A stretch of 64,000 bases of DNA from Candidatus Binatia bacterium (GCA_038245295.1 JBBRSP010000022.1:1-64000); one strand, 5' to 3'. Counted from the stretch's first letter, positions 43,736-53,955 are shown. Program-made: numbers and translations. The notes: generated by a model not told the origin, from the sequence alone.

Positions 43736-46700
43736 ATGAAGAAGTTTGGTTTCGTTCTACTGGCACTCAGTCTGGTGCAGTGCACGTCGTCCGCACCGGA
43801 GGGCGTTGCTACCGCCCCGCGTGCGGCAACCACGGTCAAGCTCGACTTTCTGCACCAGCCGTTGCCGGAAATCCCGCTGCCCAACGATATTGCCACCGTC
43901 TACGACGCGTCGTCGGCGACGCAGCGACGCATCAACGCGTCGATGGTTGCGCCGACCGGCTTCGAGCAGAGCACGCGGCGGTTGATCGATAGCCTCGACG
44001 GCTGGGGAACCTTCCAGCCGATTACCATCCCGTTCACCGGCCCGATCGACGTCAACTCGGTCATCGCCGGGCATCGCGACGAACACTACGACCTGGCCAA
44101 TGATGTTGTCTACGTGATCAACATCGACCGTCGCTCACCAGACTTCGGCAAGCCGGTGTATCTCGACGTCGGCAATGGCAACTATCCCGTGACTCTCGAA
44201 TCGCGCTCCGGCTTCTGGGACAACGACGCACGCGCCGGCATCATGTCGTTGGTGTTTGAAGAGGTCGACGAGGATACCAACCACAATGGTGTTCTCGATC
44301 CGGGCGAAGACACGGACGCCGACGGCGTGCTCGACAAGCCAAACTATCTGCCAGGGCGTCATCCTGCCGCCGATGATCTCGCCGGCCGCGCCGACGCCAG
44401 CATGAGTTTCTACGAACGCGAGACCAACACGCTGATCCTGCGACCGATGGAGCCGATGCACGAACGCACGGTATACGCGGTCATCGTCACCAAGCGCATC
44501 AAGGACATCAACGGCGAGTCGGTCGGCTCACCATATCCGACGATCAACCACACGGCGCAGACCGAAGCCCTGAAGGTGCTGCCCGAGGTCCTGCCGGCCG
44601 GGCTGAAGATGGAGGACGTCGCTTTCGCCTTCTCGTTCACGACGCAGACGGTGCAGACGGCGTGGAAGTCGGTGCGTGACGGCCTGTACGGTTATGGCGT
44701 CCAGCACAAGCTCAAGGACGACTATCCGGCCGAGGTGACCGAACTGCTTCCGTTGCGCGACGAAAGTGCCTTCCCCGAGGCGACGAAGCTACATCTTCTG
44801 TACGGCGAAAACTGGAGCCAGGCGATCCGGATCATCGGGCCTGCCTTGCTCGGGTTGGACACGAACTCGGCACAGTACCGAACGCTCATCGACGCCTACA
44901 AGTATGTCGATTACTTCGTCGTCGGCAGTTACGATTCGCCGCAGTTGTTTCCCAAGGTCGACGCCAACGGAAAGCCGTTGCTGTTGAACGACCAATCCTG
45001 GCCACCAGATCTCGATCGCCTCGTGGCGCCGGCGCGGCGCGAGAAGGTCTACTTCACCTTGGCGGTGCCACGCAAGGAAGTGTCGGTTCGCGGACAGGGT
45101 AAACCGGCGCCGGTGGCATTCCTCGGCCATGGCTACACCGGCAATCGCTTCGACGGTATCCAGTTCGCCGGCTACTTCGCGCGCCACGGTTTGGCGACCT
45201 TGGCGATCGACGGTCCGACGCACGGCCTGAGCATCGACCCGGATCAGCAGGCGCTGGCTTCCCAGCTCCTCGGTCAACTCGGTTTGAGCAACCTGGTCGA
45301 CGCGGTGTTTACGGGGCGCGCCGCCGATCTAGACGGCGATGGCATCGTCGACTCCGGCGCCGACTTCTGGACGTCGTATCTCTTCCATACCCGCGATCTG
45401 GTTCGTCAGTACATGCTCGACCTGTCTCAGCTCGCCCGTATTGTGCACAGCTTCGATGGTCATCGCACCTGGGACTTCAATATCAGCGACGGCAATCATC
45501 AGTCGCTGGCGGGTGACTTTGACGGCGACGGTCAGATCGATATCGGTGGTGACGCGCCGATCGTCATGACCGGTGGCTCCCTCGGCGGCATCATGTCGAT
45601 GATCGCCGGTGGCGCCGAGCCGCTGTTCACGACGATCGCGCCGATCTCCGGCGGTGCCGGCTATGGCGATATCGCTATCCGCTCGGTGCAAGGTGGTGTC
45701 GTCGAAGCATTCATCTTGCGAGTGCTGGGGCCGCTTTACGTCGGGACCATCGACGCCAACGGCGATATGCCGATGCGTACGATCATCCCCAACCTGAACA
45801 ATCTCGGCCGTGTCGATATCGGCAAGATCGCCGGTATCCAACCGGGCGACACCCTGCTGGCCGAGAACCTGCGCAACGGCGCACACGGTTGCGGTCAGGT
45901 TGATGCACAAGGACGCGTACGTGCCTCACTCGAGAGCGATCGTGGCGACGCCATCAAGTTGACATTCTACAAAGGTCCGCAGCTTGTGCCTGGCACGGAG
46001 TGCCATCTGCAGCCGGGTGCCCAGGTCCGTGGTACGCTGGACAAGTTCGGCGTCGACTTCACCTACCAGGCGAAACCGTTCAAGACCGGTGAGCCCCTGG
46101 TGGCGCTCGAGGATGGTCTCGGTCTGCCGCGCGCCACGCCCGATCTGCGCCGCATGACGGCGTTCGCCCAGACGATTACCGACCCGGGCGACCCGATCAG
46201 TTATGCGCGTTCGTTGCAGCTCGAGCCGATTGTCTTTGCCACCGGTGAGAAGACTGGCGCGCATGCCGCGATCAGTACCTCGCAAGGCGATATGAACGTG
46301 CCGGCGAGCTCCGGGCTGACATACGCCCGGGCTGCCGGTCTCGTCGACTACCTGCACGACGATCCGCGTTATGGGAAGCCGCTGAATCAGGTGCTGCTCG
46401 ATACCTACACCGCGGAAGCAGTCGATACGCTGGCGCGTTTCACCGATGCGTCGGGGGCCGGTGTTCATCTCGACGTCGATCACCTCAGTCTTGGCGATAC
46501 CGACATCTGGGGGCCGCAGTACCCGCGTCTCGATCCGCCGTTGCGCGTCGGTTTCGGAAAGCCCGATCGCCTCGGCGGAGCGTCGGTTGCCTTGTTTCCT
46601 CTCGTCAACGCGCACGGCCAGCACGGCTTCAGCTCCCCCGGCTCCATGCTCGATGATTTCCGCAAGAAGTGTCGAGCCGAGTGCCCACAAGGCCAGACGG

Positions 46701-46882
46701 GTGATCCGTGCGGCTGCGCAGCCACACCGGCATTCGACATCGGGACGTTCATGATCAACGTCTTCGCCGAGTTTGCCGTGAAGGATGGCAAGGAGATCGA
46801 CCTACGGTTGTGTAACGGCCACAACGATTGCCCGGAGACCCCGCCGGCACCGCCGGCGCGGCCCGCGTCGGTCTTGGATTGA
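43736..46882 (+). CDS. Large lipoprotein with alpha/beta-hydrolase (lipase-like) domain
   Basis: Lipobox LVQC; IPLPND..LDGWG N-terminus, GHGY, IDGPTHG, GGSLGG nucleophile, EF-hand-like DxDGDG loops. Confidence 0.8.
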   Translation: MKKFGFVLLALSLVQCTSSAPEGVATAPRAATTVKLDFLHQPLPEIPLPNDIATVYDASSATQRRINASMVAPTGFEQSTRRLIDSLDGWGTFQPITIPFTGPIDVNSVIAGHRDEHYDLANDVVYVINIDRRSPDFGKPVYLDVGNGNYPVTLESRSGFWDNDARAGIMSLVFEEVDEDTNHNGVLDPGEDTDADGVLDKPNYLPGRHPAADDLAGRADASMSFYERETNTLILRPMEPMHERTVYAVIVTKRIKDINGESVGSPYPTINHTAQTEALKVLPEVLPAGLKMEDVAFAFSFTTQTVQTAWKSVRDGLYGYGVQHKLKDDYPAEVTELLPLRDESAFPEATKLHLLYGENWSQAIRIIGPALLGLDTNSAQYRTLIDAYKYVDYFVVGSYDSPQLFPKVDANGKPLLLNDQSWPPDLDRLVAPARREKVYFTLAVPRKEVSVRGQGKPAPVAFLGHGYTGNRFDGIQFAGYFARHGLATLAIDGPTHGLSIDPDQQALASQLLGQLGLSNLVDAVFTGRAADLDGDGIVDSGADFWTSYLFHTRDLVRQYMLDLSQLARIVHSFDGHRTWDFNISDGNHQSLAGDFDGDGQIDIGGDAPIVMTGGSLGGIMSMIAGGAEPLFTTIAPISGGAGYGDIAIRSVQGGVVEAFILRVLGPLYVGTIDANGDMPMRTIIPNLNNLGRVDIGKIAGIQPGDTLLAENLRNGAHGCGQVDAQGRVRASLESDRGDAIKLTFYKGPQLVPGTECHLQPGAQVRGTLDKFGVDFTYQAKPFKTGEPLVALEDGLGLPRATPDLRRMTAFAQTITDPGDPISYARSLQLEPIVFATGEKTGAHAAISTSQGDMNVPASSGLTYARAAGLVDYLHDDPRYGKPLNQVLLDTYTAEAVDTLARFTDASGAGVHLDVDHLSLGDTDIWGPQYPRLDPPLRVGFGKPDRLGGASVALFPLVNAHGQHGFSSPGSMLDDFRKKCRAECPQGQTGDPCGCAATPAFDIGTFMINVFAEFAVKDGKEIDLRLCNGHNDCPETPPAPPARPASVLD

Positions 46883-46891
46883 CCACGCGGG

Positions 46892-46914
46892 GTAGGCGCA
46901 GGCTTTAGCCTGCG
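46892..46914 (+). repeat. GTAG-type REP
   Basis: GTAGGCGCAGGCTTTAGCCTGCG. Confidence 0.85.
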
Positions 46915-46945
46915 GACAGCTGAGCCTCAGTCGATCCGCGACTTT

Positions 46946-47845
46946 ATGAGCATAGCAATCCCTCGGGGCTGGCGAAGGGCTGTAGGGCGGGCAATCCCCG
47001 CCCTACACGTTTTGCTTCTGACCCATGCGCTTGTGACGATCCATCCCCGCAATGCCGTTGCCGCTGACGCCGAGCGGGGGCGCGAGCTCTTCGCCATCGC
47101 TGGCGGCTGTGGTTGCCATACACCGGAGAACGGCCCGGTGGGGAGTGGCGGCGGTGCGGTGCCGACGCCATTCGGCACCTACTTTGGGACCAACATCACG
47201 TCGGATGCGGAATTTGGAATCGGCGCGTGGACCGACGCCGAGATCATCGCGGCGCTGCGTCGCGGCGACGCGCGTGGCGGCGGCGTCCTGGCGCCGACGA
47301 TGCCGTATTATCGCTACGCCGGTATGAGTGACGCGGATGCGCAGGATCTGGTTGCCTATCTTCGCCTCCTGCCGGCGAGTCAACGCCCGAACCAGAAGGC
47401 CGATCGGCAACCCCCGCTGGCGCGAGTCGGCTATCGGGTGTGGCGGGCTCTCTTCGTCCGGCCACGAAACCCACCACAGGTGGCACCGAGATCAGGCGCT
47501 CCACGGGGCCGCTACCTGGTGGAGTCGGTGGCCATCTGTGGCGACTGCCACACGCCGCGCGGCCCGCTTGGTGTTCCGATCCGGTCGTGCGAGCTGCATG
47601 GTGGTCCGATGCAAGGCATTGGCCGGGTGCCGGACCTCAGCGCGGCGCGGCTGCAGGCGGACAAGTGGGATGCTGCCGACGTGCTGAGCGTCCTGACGAC
47701 GGGCACGAAGCCCGACTTCGATAACATTCAAGGGAAAATGGCCGAGCTGATCGACGGCCACGGCGGCGGTCTCGGCTACAAACACGCCAACCGCTCCGAT
47801 CTCGATGCGATTGCGGCGTTCCTGCTGGCGCCGTCCGCGGATTGA
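46946..47845 (+). CDS. Diheme c-type cytochrome
   Basis: CGCH (CxCH variant) and CGDCH; NITSD..GIGAWT, MPY; start uncertain. Confidence 0.85.
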   Translation: MSIAIPRGWRRAVGRAIPALHVLLLTHALVTIHPRNAVAADAERGRELFAIAGGCGCHTPENGPVGSGGGAVPTPFGTYFGTNITSDAEFGIGAWTDAEIIAALRRGDARGGGVLAPTMPYYRYAGMSDADAQDLVAYLRLLPASQRPNQKADRQPPLARVGYRVWRALFVRPRNPPQVAPRSGAPRGRYLVESVAICGDCHTPRGPLGVPIRSCELHGGPMQGIGRVPDLSAARLQADKWDAADVLSVLTTGTKPDFDNIQGKMAELIDGHGGGLGYKHANRSDLDAIAAFLLAPSAD

Positions 47846-47907
47846 CAAGCCCTGCCAGCGCACGTAGCTCCGAACGAGTCATAGAGTGAGAGGCGAATGG
47901 AGGATCG

Positions 47908-48366
47908 ATGTTGAAGCGTTATGAACTGATTTGTGCGGGTGTTGTTTTCCTTTCCGCGTCGGCAGCCTTGGCGCACGAGGATGCGGACAAGTTACCGGCC
48001 GGGCCGATTCGTGATCGTCACGTCTTGATGGAAGGGATCGGCAAGCAGGCGAAGATCATTGGGGGGGCTCTCAAAGAGGGCAAGCTCGACCCCGTCGGGC
48101 CGGCGGCGGCGAGCATCGCGGCCGATGCCGCCAAGGCTCTACCGCTATTTCCTCCCGGTAGCACGCACGAGTTCTCGCGCGCCAAGCCGGAGATCTGGAC
48201 CCATTGGGAAGACTTCCAGAAGGACATGAAGTCGCTGCAAACCGATGCGACGGCATTGGCGGCGGCGGCGAAGAGCGGCGGCGATGTTCCCGGAGCGGCG
48301 CAGAAGATGTTCGGCAACTGCAAGGGTTGCCATGAGGAGTACCGCGTTCCGGACAAGAAGCCGTAG
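47908..48366 (+). CDS. Cytochrome c' / c556 (class II)
   Basis: Signal peptide; SRAKPEIW; C-terminal CKGCHEEYR; GGAGG RBS. Confidence 0.92.
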   Translation: MLKRYELICAGVVFLSASAALAHEDADKLPAGPIRDRHVLMEGIGKQAKIIGGALKEGKLDPVGPAAASIAADAAKALPLFPPGSTHEFSRAKPEIWTHWEDFQKDMKSLQTDATALAAAAKSGGDVPGAAQKMFGNCKGCHEEYRVPDKKP

Positions 48367-48441
48367 GGTTGGATTCGGCGGGCAGTTCCCACCTTACGTG
48401 TCGCGGTGCGTAGGACAGGACCTGCCCGCCATTGTGTCGAC

Positions 48442-49674
48442 CTAGAGCGGGTTGGTGGCGCCGCCGAGCGCTGCCTTGGCCACCGCACTGCCGAAGTCTG
48501 CGGCTCGCACGACGACGGCGGTGTCGATTCCTTCTACCGTGTCTTCCGCGCGGTGGTAGTTGCGCGGCACACCGTTCGCTTCCAGGGAAATGAGGGATAG
48601 CGACGGGTAGTTCAGGCGCGCCGGAACATTGCCATCGGTACCGGCCAGAAGGTGTGTCGGCGTGATGTCGCCGAAGCGCCCGGTCACGGCGATGCGCCGT
48701 GCCAGCTCGATGAGGGTGGCCGGGTAGGTCACCTTACCGAGCATTCCTTCCGTCAAAATGTAGTGCAGCTGGCCACCGCCGGTGCATTCGAAGTTGACGT
48801 AGTACGTCGACTCCGGCGGCCAGGCGGTGTTCGACTCGACAATGGCACGCATCCCGCCGTGACCACACTCCTCGGCGCCGGTACCGACGACGATCAACTG
48901 CGTGTCGTCGGGCAGAACATCCTTGAGGCTCTCGGTGGCAGTGAGCATGGAGGCGACGGCCGAGGCATTATCATTGGCGCCGGGTGTGGCACGTGAGAAG
49001 GCCCATTGCAGGCCGAGCCCCGTTGTGAGGAGCAAACCCGTCGAGACGATGAGACGGGCCAGCCCCATCCATAGGCCCCAGGCATCCGACCAGACCGCGA
49101 AGGTGAGCACCACCGCACTGATCAGCAGAAACGAGGGCACGGCGTGTGGTGGCTGCGGCAATGCGTCAGGTCGGGAGCTCCTGGTATTGAGCCCGACGAA
49201 GCGATCGGTGATCGCTTTCGAGAACATGAAGCCGGCTTCGGTGGTGTCGATGTGGGCGGTAAGGATGACGCGGCGTTGCGGATTGGCGGCCCCGTGTTTA
49301 CCGATCACGTTCACCGAATCGGCCGCCGGCAGCAGACGCGACAGCAACCAGCGTCGCTTGCCGAATTCGCTACGGAACGAAATCACGGCGAGTAAGGTCA
49401 GAAGCAGACCGAGCAAGCCGCCCGTGTACATGCCGAGCCAGCTGACACCGACATGAAGCGCCAGCTGCAGGCCCGGGCGCGGTCCACCCGCGGCGCGCGC
49501 CAGGCTGACGTCGCTCAAGCCAAGCTCACGCATCCACTGGCCGATACGTTCGGCGGCTTCATGTTCGTAGCGTGATCCGGAAATGCGATCGGGAAACTCG
49601 GTCAGTACACGAATCCATTCACGGGCGCGTGTCGCGCGAGCGTCGGTAGCGGGAGCAGTTGGTATGTCGGACAT
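48442..49674 (-). CDS. Membrane-embedded M28 family peptidase
   Basis: TAHIDT, PGANDNAS, GAEE, TD, YH..DT; four TM helices. Confidence 0.85.
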   Translation of the reverse strand: MSDIPTAPATDARATRAREWIRVLTEFPDRISGSRYEHEAAERIGQWMRELGLSDVSLARAAGGPRPGLQLALHVGVSWLGMYTGGLLGLLLTLLAVISFRSEFGKRRWLLSRLLPAADSVNVIGKHGAANPQRRVILTAHIDTTEAGFMFSKAITDRFVGLNTRSSRPDALPQPPHAVPSFLLISAVVLTFAVWSDAWGLWMGLARLIVSTGLLLTTGLGLQWAFSRATPGANDNASAVASMLTATESLKDVLPDDTQLIVVGTGAEECGHGGMRAIVESNTAWPPESTYYVNFECTGGGQLHYILTEGMLGKVTYPATLIELARRIAVTGRFGDITPTHLLAGTDGNVPARLNYPSLSLISLEANGVPRNYHRAEDTVEGIDTAVVVRAADFGSAVAKAALGGATNPL

Positions 49675-49705
49675 GTGCGCTAAACCTCGTTCTGTTCGTT
49701 GGAGC

Positions 49706-50365
49706 TCAATCATCGAAGACGACGCCGCCGCGCTGCGCCAGGATGCGCACGACACGGTTGAGGCGTTCGACCTCGCGCTCCAGGTCGGCGATCCGCTCCA
49801 TGGCGGGCGACAGGAACGACTCGGCGCGTTCGGCCGAAGGGGCTGGCTCGACATCGATCGGATGCAGGTCGGGACTGAGCAACTGCACGTAACGCTCGGC
49901 GCGTGAGCCGGGCGCTGGTGGCAGACGGCGGATGAAGCCCTTGGATTGTAGCGGATCCAGGATCGCGCCGAGTGCTTCGAGCGAATCGATGGCGGTCATG
50001 CGGCTGGCGTGGATCCGCAGCTCGCCGGGAGTTTGTGGACCACGCAGCAGGAGCTCGGCGACGACCGCCAGCTCGCCGTCGGTGCTCAAGCCGAGCGCGT
50101 CGGGGCCATTTTGATGGTACTTCTCGACTCGTGAGGTCGTCTGGAATGCCTTGCGGACGACGTACTTCTTAACCAGACGGTCCAGAGCGCTGACGACTTG
50201 CGAATCGGTGAGAGCCAACACGGGCTCGCGATTGCTTTTCTGATTCGAGCCCACGGTTGTTGCGTTGATACTGAGCGGTACCTGATCGGGCGTCGTAAAC
50301 GTCTTCTCGACGAGGACGCCGAAGACGCGTGCTTCCAATGGGTCGAGTTGGATTTGCAGCGGCAT
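49706..50365 (-). CDS. YceH/DUF480 family protein
   Basis: EARVFGVLVEK..TTPD, NQKSNREPV, LLLRGPQTPGELR. Confidence 0.92.
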   Translation of the reverse strand: MPLQIQLDPLEARVFGVLVEKTFTTPDQVPLSINATTVGSNQKSNREPVLALTDSQVVSALDRLVKKYVVRKAFQTTSRVEKYHQNGPDALGLSTDGELAVVAELLLRGPQTPGELRIHASRMTAIDSLEALGAILDPLQSKGFIRRLPPAPGSRAERYVQLLSPDLHPIDVEPAPSAERAESFLSPAMERIADLEREVERLNRVVRILAQRGGVVFDD

Positions 50366-50464
50366 GGCGCTCGGCTTAGCGTGGATGCTGTTGAAAATGA
50401 ACCCACCTTCGCCCGAGCGCTACGGTGGGCGAGCCCACTACTGCCGGCGAGCGCGGGCGTGCGG

Positions 50465-50493
50465 TTGACCGGTGTCGCCGTGCACGGTACGCA
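50465..50493 (+). promoter_or_regulatory. Possible TA promoter with palindromic operator
   Basis: TTGACC-17 nt-TACGCA, with perfect palindrome CCGTGCACGG (50478-50487) in the spacer. Confidence 0.35.
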
Positions 50494-50499
50494 GGTTTC

Positions 50500-50778
50500 A
50501 TGACCGAGACAAAGCGCAAAGCGATGATCAACGCGTCTGTCTCCGACCTTGAGGAGATCGAACGCATCGTGCGCAGTGGCCGCTACCGTACGCTGTCGGA
50601 GTTTGTCCGCGAGGCGGTCAAAGAAAAATTGGAGCGCCTGCGCTTGGCAGAGCTGGAGACGGCGGTTGGTCGCTACTGCGAGGCCGGGCACGCCAACGAC
50701 GATGTCGACTGGGTCGATTTGCAGTTCTCGCGTGGCAAGGACAAAGGGCGCGAGGGGCGAGAGCGTGCTCCGCGGTGA
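50500..50778 (+). CDS. Ribbon-helix-helix antitoxin
   Basis: IERIVRSGRYRTLSEFVREAV RHH signature; overlaps the toxin gene. Confidence 0.8.
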   Translation: MTETKRKAMINASVSDLEEIERIVRSGRYRTLSEFVREAVKEKLERLRLAELETAVGRYCEAGHANDDVDWVDLQFSRGKDKGREGRERAPR

Positions 50779-51130
50779 AGTGTGGTGGGCGAAGACGCCT
50801 CTCAGCGGTGGGTCGCGCAAGCGGCGGCCCTTTCTCATCCTGTCGGCCGACGCGTTCAACATCAATGAACGCTATCCGAAGGTCATGGCCATCCATTTGA
50901 CGTCTCTGCGTCGCGTCGGCGGTCCGTATCCCTGGGAAGTTGAACTGCATCGCGGCGAGGGCGGCATGCCTATGGGAAGTATTGCCAAGTGCGGCGAGAT
51001 CTTCACGCTGCTCAAAGAACAATTTGACAGCCGGGTTGGGATGCTCACTGCCGCGCGCATGCACGACATCGAGCGGGCTCTGTCGGTGGCCTTGAGTCTG
51101 CGTTTGTCGACCGAGCCTCTGCATCGCTGA
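50765..51130 (+). CDS. PemK/MazF family toxin
   Basis: RGEVWWA, RKRRPFLILS..FN, LTS; GTG start. Confidence 0.88.
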   Translation: MLRGEVWWAKTPLSGGSRKRRPFLILSADAFNINERYPKVMAIHLTSLRRVGGPYPWEVELHRGEGGMPMGSIAKCGEIFTLLKEQFDSRVGMLTAARMHDIERALSVALSLRLSTEPLHR

Positions 51131-51193
51131 GGTCGATTGCGACGAGGCGCTTGACAGATCGCACCGGCGCCGGAATATCGAGCAAGGATGAGT

Positions 51194-51754
51194 ATGGGAA
51201 TTGCAAATTCATTGGCGCCGACACTTCTGATTGCGATGCCGCAGATGGTCGACCCGAACTTTGCGCGTTCGGTCGTCTTGCTTTGCCGACACGAGACCGA
51301 GGGCGCGATGGGCCTGGTTGTAAACCGGCCCTCCGAGACGCGTGTTTCACAATTGCTCGATGTCGAGCCGCCCCTGGTGCGTGACAGTGGGCTGGCGGCG
51401 TGGGAAGGCGGCCCCGTCGATAATCAACGCGGCTGGCTGCTGCTCGGGCACGACCCCGGCGACGGGGACGCGGTGGCGATCGCGCCCGGGTTATTCATCT
51501 CGCCGTCGTTGGCGACGTTGCGCGCGACGATCGAGCAGGAATCTGTTCAGCTGGGAGACGTTCGCTTCTTCCTTGGTTATGCCGGTTGGGGCGGCCAGCA
51601 ATTGGAGTCGGAGCTGGCACAATCGGCCTGGCTGACGGCCGATGTGTCGCGCCAGATCCTCTTTGCGACGCCGGCCGAAGAAATGTGGGAAGCAGCGATT
51701 CGTAGTCTCGGCATCGAACCCTACGCGTTGCAGATGGGTGGTGGGGTGCACTGA
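51194..51754 (+). CDS. YqgE/AlgH family protein
   Basis: LIAMP..DPNFARSV, GAMGLVVNRP, GGPV, GYAGW..QLESE. Confidence 0.94.
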   Translation: MGIANSLAPTLLIAMPQMVDPNFARSVVLLCRHETEGAMGLVVNRPSETRVSQLLDVEPPLVRDSGLAAWEGGPVDNQRGWLLLGHDPGDGDAVAIAPGLFISPSLATLRATIEQESVQLGDVRFFLGYAGWGGQQLESELAQSAWLTADVSRQILFATPAEEMWEAAIRSLGIEPYALQMGGGVH

Positions 51755-51773
51755 CGCGCCCCAAGCCATCATC

Positions 51774-52541
51774 ATGGGACTGTTCACGGGAAAACGCGCC
51801 CTGATCGTCGGGGTCGCGAACGATCACAGCATCGCCTGGTCGATTGCCCAGGCCCTGCACCGCGAGGGGGCGCAACTCGCCTTCACATATCCCAACGAGA
51901 GCATCGAGAAACGAGTGCGGCCGCTTGCCGCAAGCCTGCAAAGCGAGATCGTGCTGCCCTGCGACGTTACGAAGGACGAAGAGATCGCCGCGTGTTGTGG
52001 TGTCCTGCGTGAGCGTTGGGGTGGGATCGATGTCATCGTGCACGCCGTAGCATTCGCCTTGCGTGAGGAGCTCAAGGGCCGATTCCTCGAAACCTCGCGC
52101 GCCGGCTTTCAGGTGGCGCTCGAAGTCAGCGCCTTTTCGCTCGTGGCCTTGGCGAAGGCGGCTGAACCGCTACTCGCGCCCGGCGCCGCAATCCTGACCC
52201 TGAGTTATCTCGGGGCCGAGAAGGTTCTACCGAACTACAACGTCATGGGGGTCGCCAAAGCAGCCCTGGAAGCCTGCGTGCGTTACCTCGCGTTTGACCT
52301 GGGCCCCCAAGGCGTTCGTGTCAATGCGATTTCGGCCGGACCGCTGCGCACGCTCTCGTCGGCAGGAATCAGCGGCTTCAAGCAGATGCTGCATCATCAC
52401 GAGGAACGTGCGCCGCTCAAGCGCAATGTTACCGGCGACGATGTCGCCGGGACGGCGCTTTATCTATGCAGTGATCTTGGATCGGGGGTTACCGGTGAGA
52501 TTGTCCACGTCGATGCTGGGTACAGTATTGTTGGGATGTGA
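51774..52541 (+). CDS. fabI: Enoyl-ACP reductase
   Basis: GVANDHSIAW, YNVMGVAKAALE, NAISAGPLRTL. Confidence 0.95.
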   Translation: MGLFTGKRALIVGVANDHSIAWSIAQALHREGAQLAFTYPNESIEKRVRPLAASLQSEIVLPCDVTKDEEIAACCGVLRERWGGIDVIVHAVAFALREELKGRFLETSRAGFQVALEVSAFSLVALAKAAEPLLAPGAAILTLSYLGAEKVLPNYNVMGVAKAALEACVRYLAFDLGPQGVRVNAISAGPLRTLSSAGISGFKQMLHHHEERAPLKRNVTGDDVAGTALYLCSDLGSGVTGEIVHVDAGYSIVGM

Positions 52542-52608
52542 GATCGGTGCGGCGGAGCGAGGATTGGGACTACAACGACTGCGGGGACGGCAGGGACAGG
52601 GTTGAGGG

Positions 52609-53376
52609 ATGCGGCCGATCCTCTTTTATATTGGCGACACCGCTGTTCCGGCATTCTGGACGACGGCGTTCCTTGGGTTTCTGGTAGCCTTCCTGGTGGT
52701 GCGCGCCGATGTCCTGCGGCGTGGGCTACCCCGTGACCTTGCCTACGACATCGTTCTCTACGCCTATACGGGCGGCTGGGTTGGCGCTCGCCTGTTCCTG
52801 ATCCCGACGGCGTGGGACATCTTCGTCGCCGATCCGATCGCCTTTCTACTCTCCGGAAGTGGGTGGGTTTGGTACGGCGGCGTGATCGGCGGCGGCCTGG
52901 CGTTGTGGATCCTGTCGCGGCGACGTGGCCTGTCGATGCTGCAACTCGCCGATATCACGTCACCTGGGTTGGCAATTGGCTTGGCCATCGGTCGTATCGG
53001 TTGTCATTTGTCCGGCGATGGCGACTACGGTGTGCCGACGGATCTGCCCTGGGGCATGAGCTTTCCGAACGGCGTCGTGCCGACCACCGAACGTGTCCAC
53101 CCGGCGCCGCTCTACGAGATGATCGTGTGCGTCGGGCTGTTCATTTACCTGTGGCGACGCCAACGCCAGAACCCGCCGACGGGAGACCTCTTCGCCCACT
53201 ACTTGATTGTTTCCGGCATCACCCGACTGTTGATCGAATTCATCCGCCGCAATCCCGCATGGATCTTCGGTCTAACGACCGCGCAGGTAATCTCGGTAGT
53301 TTTGATTGGGCTCGGGGTGGTGCTGCTGCGTCAGGTGAGCCGCGTCGCTCCCATACCGTTGCCCGTGTCGGGATGA
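52609..53376 (+). CDS. lgt: Prolipoprotein diacylglyceryl transferase
   Basis: GARL, WYGG, GRIGC..GDGDYG, HPAPLYE. Confidence 0.9.
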   Translation: MRPILFYIGDTAVPAFWTTAFLGFLVAFLVVRADVLRRGLPRDLAYDIVLYAYTGGWVGARLFLIPTAWDIFVADPIAFLLSGSGWVWYGGVIGGGLALWILSRRRGLSMLQLADITSPGLAIGLAIGRIGCHLSGDGDYGVPTDLPWGMSFPNGVVPTTERVHPAPLYEMIVCVGLFIYLWRRQRQNPPTGDLFAHYLIVSGITRLLIEFIRRNPAWIFGLTTAQVISVVLIGLGVVLLRQVSRVAPIPLPVSG

Positions 53377-53394
53377 GAGCGTAGGATCATTGTC

Positions 53395-53955
53395 ATGCGC
53401 AACCTGCTTACGGGGATGGTTGTTCTTCTACTGGCCAGCACCATGGGCCGTGCCGACGTCATCGAGTATCGCGATCACGAGGGCGTCCGCCACTTCACCA
53501 ACATCGCCGCCGAGGTGCCGGAGGAATATCGTGACGTTGCCAAGAACGTCATCTCCGAAGAGCAATGGCGCTCGAAAGCCCCTGAACCGGCGCCTCCCGC
53601 AGCGGTAGTGCCACCGCCGCCGCCGCGTGTCGTGCGCGCCGCCGTTCCGGAGGCGGTCTATCGCGATGGCTTCGATGCCGGGCTGGCGTATGGACGGGCC
53701 GCGGCGGCCCCAGCGCCGCGTCCCGAAGTGGTGCAGCCGCAGGTCATTATCAACGCGCCGGTACCGGTACCGGTCCCGGACTATTCGTGGAGCCTCCCGC
53801 CGGTGCAATTCTCCGCATTCGACGGTGGCCGCACGCGCCACATCACGCGGCGCATGATCGAGCAAAATCTGGCTTGGCACGACGAGCCGTATTTCAACTA
53901 CGGACCGCCGGTCTTCGTGCAAGAGCCGTTTCTGCGGCGCTCGTATCGGCGTTGA
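53395..53955 (+). CDS. DUF4124 domain secreted protein
   Basis: Signal peptide; YRDHEGVRHFTN..VPEEYR. Confidence 0.75.
   Translation: MRNLLTGMVVLLLASTMGRADVIEYRDHEGVRHFTNIAAEVPEEYRDVAKNVISEEQWRSKAPEPAPPAAVVPPPPPRVVRAAVPEAVYRDGFDAGLAYGRAAAAPAPRPEVVQPQVIINAPVPVPVPDYSWSLPPVQFSAFDGGRTRHITRRMIEQNLAWHDEPYFNYGPPVFVQEPFLRRSYRR

Noticed and set aside
50384..50397. GATGCTGTTGAAAA resembling an IS end before the TA pair
   Set aside because: No partner inverted repeat or duplication found; could be chance.
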